Shown: positions 1 through 8,835 of the stretch, piece after piece | Layout: the number at the start of each line of letters is the position of its first letter | Numbering within the stretch: position 1 is the stretch's first letter | IMG/VR virus record: IMGVR_UViG_3300021516_000010 | Coordinates: 1 to 43,465 of that record | Direction: 5' to 3' (one strand) | Source of the DNA: a virus | Taxonomy: Duplodnaviria; Caudoviricetes | DNA length: 43,465 nt | The notes under the pieces: generated by a model | Databases searched by the model: none | What the model saw: only the letters and a program-made list of their open reading frames with translations | Told to the model about the DNA's origin: nothing | Translations under genes and position numbers: made by a program

Positions 1-9
1 GCCTTCTAT
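1..9. repeat. Left copy of 9-bp terminal direct repeat GCCTTCTAT
   Basis: Bases 1-9 are identical to bases 43457-43465. Confidence 0.8.
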
Positions 10-45
10 TATCAGAAATGAAAAAATTATTTTTTGGCACACCTG

Positions 46-114
46 CGTCGTACGACGTGGGTGAGAGTCTCGTACGTCGCCCGTACGTCGCAGCGCAGGC
101 GGGTCGCACGTACG
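46..114. repeat. Cluster of CGTACG palindromes near the genome end
   Basis: Perfect palindrome CGTCGTACGACG at 46-57, CGTACGTCGC twice (71-80, 82-91), CGTACG at 109-114. Confidence 0.7.
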
Positions 115-116
115 GG

Positions 117-176
117 CGTGAGCGTGAGCGTGAGCGTGAGCGTGAGCGTGAGCGTGAGCGTGAGCGTGAGCGTGAG
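117..176. repeat. (CGTGAG)x10 perfect hexamer tandem repeat
   Basis: Ten exact copies read directly; non-coding, 7 bp past the stop of ORF 184..828. Confidence 0.97.
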
Positions 177-183
177 TGATCAT

Positions 184-828
184 TCATAGCGCCTTCAATC
201 GTTGCTGCAATTGCACGTAGAACTCCGCGAGTGGCTCTAAGTCTCGCATCACCGCCACTACGCGGTCTCTGTCCCAATGAATTGGCGGGTCTGCGGATAA
301 CGTCTGCTTACTGTAAGCTTTAAACCCGTTGACCACTGCCCCTATACCGACAGACTCGGGCGCTCTCTTTGTTGATGCTCGCAACTCTGCGGCGCCGCGA
401 ATATGACGACGCAACTCAGAGACGCTCCACTCTTCTTCAACAGCACGCTCTAACCAATCGCGTTGCTTATCGGGCGAGAGCTTACACACTTCGCGGTGGT
501 GAGAATAGGTGAGTTCTCGACGGCGTAATTCAGGCTGAACGTTGTTGCAGATGTATGCAATGTTGACCAGTGATTGGTATTCGTACTTGTCACCCAGCAC
601 CGTCAAAGCTTCGCGATATTTAGTCCCGTATATCCGTTGGCCAGCGTTGAGCCAATCACCCAACCAGAACAGCGAAGATTCTTGCAACTGCGTAATGCTA
701 GCGCCAAGTTTCTTCCATTCTGTGAATGTCATCGCCTGATCAATAGTGATACTGACTTCACCTATAGCGACACAATCGTGTGTGATTCCCGTTATTGCGA
801 GAGACGATTTATTTGACGAGCTTTTCAT
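184..828 (-). CDS. LmbU-like putative DNA-binding regulator
   Basis: FWLGDWL...Y...YQSLVNIAY...RRRELTYSHHREV...WLERA...W-S-SELRR resembles the LmbU family pattern (WWLGDW, YQTLRNYA, LSFxHHAEV). Confidence 0.6.
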   Translation of the reverse strand: MKSSSNKSSLAITGITHDCVAIGEVSITIDQAMTFTEWKKLGASITQLQESSLFWLGDWLNAGQRIYGTKYREALTVLGDKYEYQSLVNIAYICNNVQPELRRRELTYSHHREVCKLSPDKQRDWLERAVEEEWSVSELRRHIRGAAELRASTKRAPESVGIGAVVNGFKAYSKQTLSADPPIHWDRDRVVAVMRDLEPLAEFYVQLQQRLKAL

Positions 829-1273
829 TGCGGCGATTGCTTATAGCGTTCTCGGTATGTCCGCGTTCATCTGGGACTGGCAGTCCAAATTGAGCGCAGA
901 ACTTTTCAATGTGTGATCGCGCGGTCGTACGCGATACTCCATATTTTTGAGCGAGTGTGGCGCCAGTCCACCCATCACGCACTCGCAATCTTGATGAATA
1001 CGCTGCGACATCGGCGGCGAATCTAGCGTCTACAGCTTCAGTAATGTACGACAAAAGCGGGTGAAATCCAGTCATCACCATATCACGTGTTTGACTTTTA
1101 ACTTCGTCTAAAACGATTCGTCGAGCCTCATCATCGCGCCCGTGCCGAACTGCTTCGACAACTTCGTCTACCCAATCTTCACCACATGTGAATTCTTGAG
1201 TATACTGCGACAACGGCGACGTCGCTGAGTCTAGCTTGATTTCGACTTTGGGTTGGTACGTGGTTAAGCCCAT
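809..1273 (-). CDS. Hypothetical protein with C-terminal HTH
   Basis: 154 aa, overlaps both neighbours; TGATLAQKYGVSRTTARSHI is HTH-like. Confidence 0.6.
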   Translation of the reverse strand: MGLTTYQPKVEIKLDSATSPLSQYTQEFTCGEDWVDEVVEAVRHGRDDEARRIVLDEVKSQTRDMVMTGFHPLLSYITEAVDARFAADVAAYSSRLRVRDGWTGATLAQKYGVSRTTARSHIEKFCAQFGLPVPDERGHTENAISNRRNEKLVK

Positions 1274-2109
1274 ATTTCTCGAAGCTCAAGATTACTTAGT
1301 TTGCGTTGGTCATCTAAGAACTGAATGAATTTGTCAGGCGTCGCCCACTCTTTATGGACGCCATTTGGTTGTAGAAACTCAAGGTCGAACAGCAACATAG
1401 ACCGGTGTTGCTTCTCAATCTTCACATTGTAGTCGTAGACACACCGATGAGCTCCTTCGAAATCGCGATCGTACAGATGCATAGACCCGGCGGTGTAGTA
1501 CATATTACCCAATGTGAGATTCGCTAAGCGCTCGTCTGTTTGGCGTAACTCTAACAACATGTGGAACGACATGCAAGAGAACGAGAAAATGTCGTACGCC
1601 CATCCGAGCCAGAGATCGCTCGATCGCATATTGTATACCGCATGCAATGCGCCATCGCGGATGATCCATTGGATAGTCAATGAGCAAGGCAAGTCGCGAG
1701 TGTCTGGTGGATTCGCTACATCCCAAAACGTCAGCACGGCTTGACGAGTGTCATGATCTCGGCGAAGCGCTCGAAGAATTCGTTCTCGTTGCGCTACGTA
1801 ACGCTTTCCATACGCTCCGAAAAACGTCACTCCGTCGTCTGAATACGCTACGATGTTTTTCGACACTTCGTGAAGTGTGGCTACATCATCGCGACCAGTA
1901 AGCATCCACCAAGCTTCGGTGAACGCGAATTTCAACGAGAGCTTACGTTCAGGTAAGACGATCAGCGGATCGTTCATATCGACGACCGCGCGGCCTTGAA
2001 GCACTTCAAGAATTGGGAGTCCTCGCGGCACTCGCGCGGCGCCAGTGTTGAGCGTTAATTGGAGCAAGTCGCGCCAAATTTCAGTAACGGAAATAGGTCG
2101 AAGTTTCAT
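1264..2109 (-). CDS. Thymidylate-synthase-fold enzyme, probable dCMP hydroxymethylase (or dCMP methylase)
   Basis: TS motifs GAYG, DTRQA, DLPC (catalytic Cys), MRSSD, GSMHLY. The specificity position reads AYD (Asp) instead of the PFN (Asn) of dUMP-specific TS. Confidence 0.8.
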   Translation of the reverse strand: MKLRPISVTEIWRDLLQLTLNTGAARVPRGLPILEVLQGRAVVDMNDPLIVLPERKLSLKFAFTEAWWMLTGRDDVATLHEVSKNIVAYSDDGVTFFGAYGKRYVAQRERILRALRRDHDTRQAVLTFWDVANPPDTRDLPCSLTIQWIIRDGALHAVYNMRSSDLWLGWAYDIFSFSCMSFHMLLELRQTDERLANLTLGNMYYTAGSMHLYDRDFEGAHRCVYDYNVKIEKQHRSMLLFDLEFLQPNGVHKEWATPDKFIQFLDDQRKLSNLELREIWA

Positions 2110-2111
2110 GA

Positions 2112-3296
2112 TTAGATTTTGGTGACTGTCATTGCGGCTTTGTGCATCTTCTTGAAGACGACATTCGAATCACACATTTCGCGAGCTTGTTCCCACGCTT
2201 TCGTTCGATACTTTTCGTAAATGTCTTTGTGTGCTAAGTGCTTCATCGCCTCAATCGTCGCCATCATACCTTCGCGAGCGCAAGAAACTACGGCGAGTTT
2301 AGGAGCACAATGTTTGATCCAATGAGAGTCGAAGACGCCGACCGTTCCAACCGCAATCGCTTCAGCCATGGAATACTCCATCATGTTCTCTCCGTAATAA
2401 GAAGCATCGAGATGATAGAAGTCTGCGCCAAACATCGACTCAGCGAGACGAGGCAACCCGTCTTCGCCCATTCGAGTATACGGACCATACACCAACAGTT
2501 TGTCCTTGGGTATCGGCTTAGTGTGCTTTTCAACGATGCCGTTCTTGGGATGCACTTCGAAGATGCAATCGCGTTGCTTATCTCGAATCGCTGGGTCTTC
2601 ATAGAAGAGTTTAAGCGAACCAAGCGATCGTTCAACGCCTCGCATTTCGACGGCGAAGCCTGCATTTCTAAACTTATCAAAATGATCGACTAATCGTTGA
2701 GGGTCTTTGAATGTAGCGAAGCGCCCGAAGTACGTGATACACTTCTTCTTTTCTTCGAATGACCGCCACATCTTTCGGTAACCGTCGAAGTTGAAGCCAT
2801 TACCCACAGTCATGATGGGCAAGCCGGGAACGAACTCTCGCACCATTGTAGCATATTTGCACGTTTTCGTGAAGGTGAAAGTAGCATCGACATTCCGCAA
2901 CAACTCAAACATTCGGTAGTTACGATTGATCGAATGAATCTTGTGGTCGTTCTGATGGGCGATCTTAATGGGCTTAGTGATCTCTTGCATCATCTGCAAG
3001 AACCGAGTACAGAAGATTTGCGAATGATTCTTCGAAGGCCATGATTGAAAGTAAACGATGTCGTACTCTTCGTTGATCTTCTTAGCCGTAGCTGACGCAG
3101 TTGACGCATCGAACGTTCCGGCAAGTTCTAAAGGTTGGGCCAGTCGTCGTGGCCAAAGTTTGTCGGTGCTTGCGTAAACATCGCACACCATTTTTTGTAA
3201 GCGATACCACGCTTGTTCTTCAATGACGTAACGGGTGACGCCGCAGCCTTCGACGCCGCGACCGAGAATTATTGCTATTCGAGGTTGTGTTTTCAT
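2112..3296 (-). CDS. agt: DNA alpha-glucosyltransferase-like glycosyltransferase (GT-B)
   Basis: N-terminal IILGRGVEGCGVTRY matches T4 AGT (ARGLEGCGVTKF); also YFGRFATFKD and MEYSMAEAIAVGTVGVF (cf. EYTHLE...GTIPVF). Confidence 0.82.
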   Translation of the reverse strand: MKTQPRIAIILGRGVEGCGVTRYVIEEQAWYRLQKMVCDVYASTDKLWPRRLAQPLELAGTFDASTASATAKKINEEYDIVYFQSWPSKNHSQIFCTRFLQMMQEITKPIKIAHQNDHKIHSINRNYRMFELLRNVDATFTFTKTCKYATMVREFVPGLPIMTVGNGFNFDGYRKMWRSFEEKKKCITYFGRFATFKDPQRLVDHFDKFRNAGFAVEMRGVERSLGSLKLFYEDPAIRDKQRDCIFEVHPKNGIVEKHTKPIPKDKLLVYGPYTRMGEDGLPRLAESMFGADFYHLDASYYGENMMEYSMAEAIAVGTVGVFDSHWIKHCAPKLAVVSCAREGMMATIEAMKHLAHKDIYEKYRTKAWEQAREMCDSNVVFKKMHKAAMTVTKI

Positions 3297-3334
3297 AGTA
3301 AGGAAGTTGTCTAGGTGAGTGTTATAATTCGAAT

Positions 3335-3739
3335 TTAGCTAAAAGGAAACTCTTTCTTCATCAGATCATCAAATGATGGAGGGGACCAGTCGTCTGGTTT
3401 TCTCAAATCGAAGGGGTCATTCCGCTTCGATTCTTGCGCAGACGTCACTCGCTGCTTTTTCAAATTCGCTTCATGAACGCGCCTCCAACACTCGTTCAAT
3501 GGAATTTCAAGAATCGCGGCCATGCCACACAACACATAAATCAAATCGACGATCGCATCAGCCGCATCATGTCGTCCAAGCTTTTGGCTGAACAGCGCAT
3601 CGATCAACTCGGATCGCTCCTCATCCATGTGAATTGCTTTCTTGCGTACTTCATCCCACATCGTCGTTTCGTCGACGATCACATCATTCAATTGAAACTT
3701 AGCGCGGAACTCTCTCACATCATCATAGAACGTTTTCAT
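3335..3739 (-). CDS. MazG-like/PRA-PH all-alpha dNTP pyrophosphohydrolase
   Basis: EExxEL...DAIVDLIYV...VHEANLKK...KPxDWxPP motif set. Confidence 0.85.
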   Translation of the reverse strand: MKTFYDDVREFRAKFQLNDVIVDETTMWDEVRKKAIHMDEERSELIDALFSQKLGRHDAADAIVDLIYVLCGMAAILEIPLNECWRRVHEANLKKQRVTSAQESKRNDPFDLRKPDDWSPPSFDDLMKKEFPFS

Positions 3740-3749
3740 AGGTAATCAG

Positions 3750-4055
3750 GTGGCTTGGTCATTATTTGGTCATTATTGTGGCTTGGTCATTATATCCAGT
3801 GAAAATGGACATTCATAAACCGTTGGATATCAATAGCATTTTGAACAGAATGTCCATTATACCATTAAAATATATAGAGTCCTCGTACACACACTCCCCT
3901 GCTTGCATGCAGGTAGGGGTGGGTGCCTGTACAAAGAACTTCGAAATGAATGGACAAATGGACATAATGGCCATGATCCGCTTCAAAGCATTGGTGATTA
4001 GTGACTTAGACGACTTGGTCATTATTTGATTCAGTGTCCATAAGTCCATTATTTG
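3750..4055. repeat. Iteron-like TTGGTCATTAT repeats, candidate replication origin
   Basis: TTGGTCATTAT at ~3755, 3766, 3783 and 4015; related TCCATTAT and inverted AATGGAC copies; AT-rich patch; immediately downstream of the primase-helicase gene. Confidence 0.5.
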
Positions 4056-4259
4056 GGCCCTCCTTGTGCACGGTAGTGCGGACCTGCTCCCCAGCGAGGG
4101 TGTGCGACCCGTACCAGCACGACCCGCTCCCCAGTGCTGGTGCAGGAGGGTCGTAGGGTTGAAACTTTGCTCGAACCAGTCATTTCTGGCCCTCAGACTG
4201 TCGCCTATGATCTCGAACTGATTGTCCATATGGATTTATTAGTTTCTAACTAAGGCCTC

Positions 4260-6473
4260 TCAGGCCTTCTTCCGTGCTTTTGCCTTAATTTGTGTCATTT
4301 CTGACACTTGAGGTTGCAAGTTGTCGCAATATGCGATGAAATCTTTCTTCGTTATCGACCACATTCTGAGGCCGTCTTTTCGTATCTGAGTCAATGGAAC
4401 GCCTTGGCCAGCCAGTTGGGCAATGAAGCGCCCCACACCTCGCGGCGTATAATGCGAAGTGAGAGCTCGCATTCCGTCATCTCCCGCCATGTCTCGCAAC
4501 ATCGTACTAGCGTTGCCAATCCATTCATGCGTCTTGAACTCGTTAAACTGCGAGGACATGAACATGTGAAATGCTTCATAGAATGAATGCGAAGACGTTA
4601 CTTCTTTCGCAGCTTGGAGCAATTCAGGATGATGGAAGCTCGTCACGCCAAAGCGACTCGCTTCGATCGTAGCGTCTGGCGGCTCCCAATCTTCGAGCCA
4701 TTTCGCAAATGCCGGCAGTTCTTCAGCCAATGCTTTATCGAGCTTATGGAAATCGTAACCCTCTCTCGTCGGCGCCGCTTTATACAAACTCACTTTGTCT
4801 AACAGCGACTGTTCAATATCAGGTAGAATGCGTAACGATTCGTTATCCAAATTGCATGTCACGATGATACGACCGAGCCATGGGATCATGCGAGCTCGTT
4901 TGAATTTGTCGTCGAACAAGAAGAGTTGGTTGGCCGGCATCTTTTTGATCAACGCTGAGTAATTGGCGTGTGCTTTGTCCTGGCCCGGCCTCGTATCGTC
5001 AATCGTCCAAATGGGAACTGCGAACAAGTGCCCAGTGAATCGCGTTTCGCCAAGTAGATACGACGAACAATCAGACGAGCCACCCGCGAGTCTCGCTATC
5101 ACTACGTTGCTCATAAACGTTTTACCGCTCTGCACTTCACCTGCTATAAATACTACCTGGCCCGGCAACGGACGCTTTTCCTTGCACGACACGTAGAATC
5201 TTTTCAACCACGACAAGTAAAACTCCAACTGCGTAGCTCCGTGGCTCGCATCGATTTCATCAAAGAACCCGTCTAAGTAGTGGGCTAGCGTCGAGAAGCC
5301 GTCGCCCCACTTTTTGCACTTCGCGGCAGGTAGGATCAATTGGACAGACGCGACATTTAAGAACCGCTTCATCTGTACTAAGTTAATGCCCGTTGGAAAG
5401 TGTGGCATAGGCACCGCCGCATCGACTCTCATCGTCGTTTGCACCGTCGCTAACGCTTTTTCCATTTCAGAAAGTCCGCCTCCTTCTGGCGCCTCATGCG
5501 TCAGGCCACGTTGCTTAAGTTGGAGCTGAATATCTTGGCGACTGAAGTCAAACCAATCGTTGCCGAGCTTTGTCCAATAGGTCATTCCATCGAAGAACGT
5601 ATCTTCAATAGCGCCACCGACACGGTTGTCTTCGTAGTTTTTCGTGAAGTTGGATCCAAAGATTTCAGACCACGATACGAAAGACCTTGAGCCGGTGAAA
5701 CATTGCATTCCAGTTTCACGGACGATTGCGGCGGTATGGTTATCAGCAGACGCATCCCAGAAGCGAACGCCACGAGCTCCCAAATCAAATGGGCCTACCC
5801 AACGATTTGGGAAGCGCGATTCAAGCTCTTCGGCGACAATCCGAATCGGGAGAACCGGCGCTCCGCGCGGCCTCCATTTGACTTTGGACGAAGCTTCAAC
5901 CAAAGCGTGCATCAAAAGCGAATGTTGAATAGGCGTACCTTCTTCTAATTTCGTCCAATGAAGCGGTGCGCAATAGAGAAGCCCAGTGTCTTTTAGAGCG
6001 CTCTCGTCTAAGCCTTCGCAGATATGCCGGCAGCGAAAGTCTTTAGTCAACTGTTGAAGGAATGCTACGTGAGCTGGGCCGTGCACCATGATGGGCTTTT
6101 CAAATTCGTAGACAAAGCGTACTCCATTTGAAAAAGTCTTGGCGATTAAAGTAGGGACTGGCACGCCGCGGCGTTGGCATTGGCGAACCACGAACTGGCC
6201 CACCTCCTCTTGTGATTCTTCGACTGGCGAATCGAAATCAATCACCAACACTCGCATGGTGTGAGCAGGATTTGAGGAGTTGACGCGAGCGTTTGCTGCG
6301 ACTCCTTCATACGGCGAATACACCTGCCATTGAGTATTTGGGTCGGTGATCCACGTAGAGAAATCTTGCTTTGACTTTAAATTGGCTGGCCACGACGAAC
6401 GCTTCCATTTCGTAAGGCTCGAAGATTCTGATGTAGATGACGAGACATTTGCGAGAGTGAATAATTGCAACAT
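4260..6473 (-). CDS. Primase-helicase (AEP-like N-terminus, SF3/DUF5906-like P-loop C-terminus)
   Basis: VIDFD acidic motif; Walker A AGEVQSGKT, Walker B WTIDD, IIVTCN sensor; 737 aa. Confidence 0.75.
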   Translation of the reverse strand: MLQLFTLANVSSSTSESSSLTKWKRSSWPANLKSKQDFSTWITDPNTQWQVYSPYEGVAANARVNSSNPAHTMRVLVIDFDSPVEESQEEVGQFVVRQCQRRGVPVPTLIAKTFSNGVRFVYEFEKPIMVHGPAHVAFLQQLTKDFRCRHICEGLDESALKDTGLLYCAPLHWTKLEEGTPIQHSLLMHALVEASSKVKWRPRGAPVLPIRIVAEELESRFPNRWVGPFDLGARGVRFWDASADNHTAAIVRETGMQCFTGSRSFVSWSEIFGSNFTKNYEDNRVGGAIEDTFFDGMTYWTKLGNDWFDFSRQDIQLQLKQRGLTHEAPEGGGLSEMEKALATVQTTMRVDAAVPMPHFPTGINLVQMKRFLNVASVQLILPAAKCKKWGDGFSTLAHYLDGFFDEIDASHGATQLEFYLSWLKRFYVSCKEKRPLPGQVVFIAGEVQSGKTFMSNVVIARLAGGSSDCSSYLLGETRFTGHLFAVPIWTIDDTRPGQDKAHANYSALIKKMPANQLFLFDDKFKRARMIPWLGRIIVTCNLDNESLRILPDIEQSLLDKVSLYKAAPTREGYDFHKLDKALAEELPAFAKWLEDWEPPDATIEASRFGVTSFHHPELLQAAKEVTSSHSFYEAFHMFMSSQFNEFKTHEWIGNASTMLRDMAGDDGMRALTSHYTPRGVGRFIAQLAGQGVPLTQIRKDGLRMWSITKKDFIAYCDNLQPQVSEMTQIKAKARKKA

Positions 6474-6552
6474 ATAAAATGGTAGGGTTGGCGCGTCAGA
6501 GCGCCTTTGAGATCAAGGAACGCGGCGAAGATTTGAGGACGACAAGGAAGAC

Positions 6553-7215
6553 TCATGCCGACAGCGATTTGCGAGCTTTTTCTTGGGCGCGAAGTTTCTT
6601 CTCTTTCATTTCTTTTCGCGCCGCACCCACCAATCGAGTTCTAAAGCCGTCCATTGCTCTTAGTGGCTTGTCCCACTTATACATGACGCATTCGATCTTC
6701 TTTTCAAACGGGTATTCAGTGCTCGAACAATGAGATAGTAAGTCAGATAGATCGCACGCGGCGAGACAGAAAGATTGAACGCGGTCTGACACGCCACCTG
6801 CCATGTTCGCAAGTTCTTCATACAAAGGACCGGTGAATGTAGTCTTAAACGTCTGACCCGGTTTGCACACGTTGGCTTGCTTGATCAAATGTGGAACGAG
6901 CTTTTTCGCCATGATCATAGCGCGCGTTGGAGGGCGTTCAGCCCGCTCTTTCGCTTTTCGTTCTTGCCGACGAGCTTCGGCATCTTCGTCTGACTCGTCT
7001 GACTCGTCTTCATCGACTGGTTCAGGCACGGGTTGTTTAGTCTCCTTCGGTTCGCGAATAGGAGTGTCGTCGATCTTTTCGTCTTCTACTGTTGAAGCTT
7101 TGCGAGAGCCGAACGACAGTTTTACTTTTGGAGGTGGCGCACTTGGTTGAGACGATTCAGACGTCGTTATAGGAGAGGGCGGGAGAACAGATGCTTTTTT
7201 GAAGGTGAAGGCCAT
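6553..7215 (-). CDS. Hypothetical protein with low-complexity Pro/acidic N-terminus
   Basis: 220-aa ORF on the coding strand with a TTCCTTCCT-ATG leader. Confidence 0.75.
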   Translation of the reverse strand: MAFTFKKASVLPPSPITTSESSQPSAPPPKVKLSFGSRKASTVEDEKIDDTPIREPKETKQPVPEPVDEDESDESDEDAEARRQERKAKERAERPPTRAMIMAKKLVPHLIKQANVCKPGQTFKTTFTGPLYEELANMAGGVSDRVQSFCLAACDLSDLLSHCSSTEYPFEKKIECVMYKWDKPLRAMDGFRTRLVGAARKEMKEKKLRAQEKARKSLSA

Positions 7216-7256
7216 AGGAAGGAATTTGATTCTATCATTACCGAATCATTGTGGAA

Positions 7257-7484
7257 CTACTTTTTTCTATTTGACTTCAAGCGCATGATAAAACAATCGA
7301 TAGTGCCTGAATAATCGAGAACCACATCATGAGCTGAACACCACTTTTCGAGCTGTTCGCGTCTTGACAGATGAGTAAAGCCAGCGACGACAAGTGGCGA
7401 CTTATTCCAACTGCGCTGACTGAGCGTGATGTGTTCGCTACGTCGTTGAGTTAAACGTTCAAGGATGTTATCTAATAAAGTCAT
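7257..7484 (-). CDS. Hypothetical protein
   Basis: 75 aa; 4-bp overlap with the upstream ORF. Confidence 0.55.
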   Translation of the reverse strand: MTLLDNILERLTQRRSEHITLSQRSWNKSPLVVAGFTHLSRREQLEKWCSAHDVVLDYSGTIDCFIMRLKSNRKK

Positions 7485-7669
7485 TTGGTTAGAGTGATGT
7501 TGAATTCTTTAGCCCATTCGCGAATTGACCGCATAGACGCGTGTAGTCGCTTTTCGACGATTTTGCATCGATAACCACTACGACGTAAGTCGTTAGCTTT
7601 TAGTACGATAGCTCTACGCTCCTCGTCTGTGCGTTGCGAGTTATGAATTAGGATTCGATTGATGCTCAC
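7481..7669 (-). CDS. Small hypothetical protein, HTH-like
   Basis: 62 aa, coupled to the methyltransferase stop; basic helical sequence ending SIREW. Confidence 0.55.
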   Translation of the reverse strand: MSINRILIHNSQRTDEERRAIVLKANDLRRSGYRCKIVEKRLHASMRSIREWAKEFNITLTK

Positions 7670-8835
7670 GGTAGTAGTGCGAAGTGTTGATTGTGGTTAC
7701 GTTGAAGAGCAGCCTCGCCTTTTTCAAAAGGAAGCTCGCCGTTGAGATATTTGAGCACGCCTGTCGCCATGTCACGAGCAGTGACAACCGGGACATTCTG
7801 GCAGACATGGTTCAAGTTTCGTTTGGGGTCTAACAGCTCGAAGTCGTACGGCATGCCCATCAACGACATGCATTCGCGGTAAGTGAGGTGCCGGTCTTTC
7901 GTTGGGTGAGTGAGCAGCGTAGGGAAGTGTCCGACGAACGCTCCGATTTTGTGCTTAGGTATTTCAACGCCTCGCCTCATGACGTTCTTGCCTGACGCCA
8001 ATTTGGCATCCATCGCTTGACACCTCGCTGCGGCTTTTTCGTAACCCTCTTTCTTTAACCACTTTGCGGCTGGCCCAAATGTTCCGTCCTTGTCTTCAGT
8101 CCAATGGATCGGACCCATCGTCCTTGGAATAAGCGCGTGGAACTGTTTGTGAGTAATACCACCTTCAAGTTTCTCAAGAACGTAGCGATACATCGGGTCA
8201 TCTGACGGAGTCTTCTCATTTGTCACATCATTTTGAATAGCAGCGCGAGCTTCGCGATCGTGGCTAGAGAAGAATTGCTCAATTGTTTGCTCAGCTCGCT
8301 TGACGAATGGAAGCACAGGGATGCGATTCTTTTCGCGCCACAAGAAGTAGAACGAGCGCTCGCGGACTTGGGGCAACCCGTGCAACCACGACTGCGTCCG
8401 ATACAATGTCATCGTATACCCGTTAGCTTTAGCGATCGCTCGCATATTTGCTACGACTGGCTCGCCTAGACGTGTAGCGAGACACGGAGCGTTTTCACCC
8501 CACAGAACGCGTGGCCGAAGGTTTTCCACCACGTACTTCGTACTAATAGTCAACCAATCGTTTGTTTTTGAATCAGAACTAGGTGATGGAGACAGCGTGG
8601 ACAAACCGGCACATGGGCACACAGTATTGACCACATCGACTTTTGGGAGCTTGGGCACGTTGTCGACGTCGACTTGATAGTATGGAACGTCTTTGAAATG
8701 ATGGCGACAGTGCGAATCGTTTGATGAGAACGGCGAGTACGAGAGGAAGAAACTCGGGTCACTCCCGAACGCTTGAACTTGGCCGATGGTTTCTCCACCG
8801 ATGAGTGGAATGATAGAGGCGTGTTTGATGCTCAT
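7666..8835 (-). CDS. Divergent C5-cytosine DNA methyltransferase-like protein
   Basis: Motif IV CPCAGLS, VI GENAP, VIII QVRER, IX LTYRECMSLMGMP, X QNVPV; the motif I FxGxG is replaced by IPLIGG. Confidence 0.8.
   Translation of the reverse strand: MSIKHASIIPLIGGETIGQVQAFGSDPSFFLSYSPFSSNDSHCRHHFKDVPYYQVDVDNVPKLPKVDVVNTVCPCAGLSTLSPSPSSDSKTNDWLTISTKYVVENLRPRVLWGENAPCLATRLGEPVVANMRAIAKANGYTMTLYRTQSWLHGLPQVRERSFYFLWREKNRIPVLPFVKRAEQTIEQFFSSHDREARAAIQNDVTNEKTPSDDPMYRYVLEKLEGGITHKQFHALIPRTMGPIHWTEDKDGTFGPAAKWLKKEGYEKAAARCQAMDAKLASGKNVMRRGVEIPKHKIGAFVGHFPTLLTHPTKDRHLTYRECMSLMGMPYDFELLDPKRNLNHVCQNVPVVTARDMATGVLKYLNGELPFEKGEAALQRNHNQHFALLP

Noticed and set aside
117-176. Tandem repeat considered as a CRISPR array
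   Set aside because: Contiguous 6-bp units with no spacers and no cas operon; the Cas4-like nuclease sits in a replication context.
1264-2109. Plain thymidylate synthase (thyA) call
   Set aside because: The specificity residue is Asp rather than Asn, and the neighbouring gene is a DNA glycosyltransferase.
3813-4229. 138-aa minus-strand ORF with a CATATG start
   Set aside because: No motifs, atypical composition, and it runs through the iteron-like repeats. Not called, though a real gene cannot be excluded.
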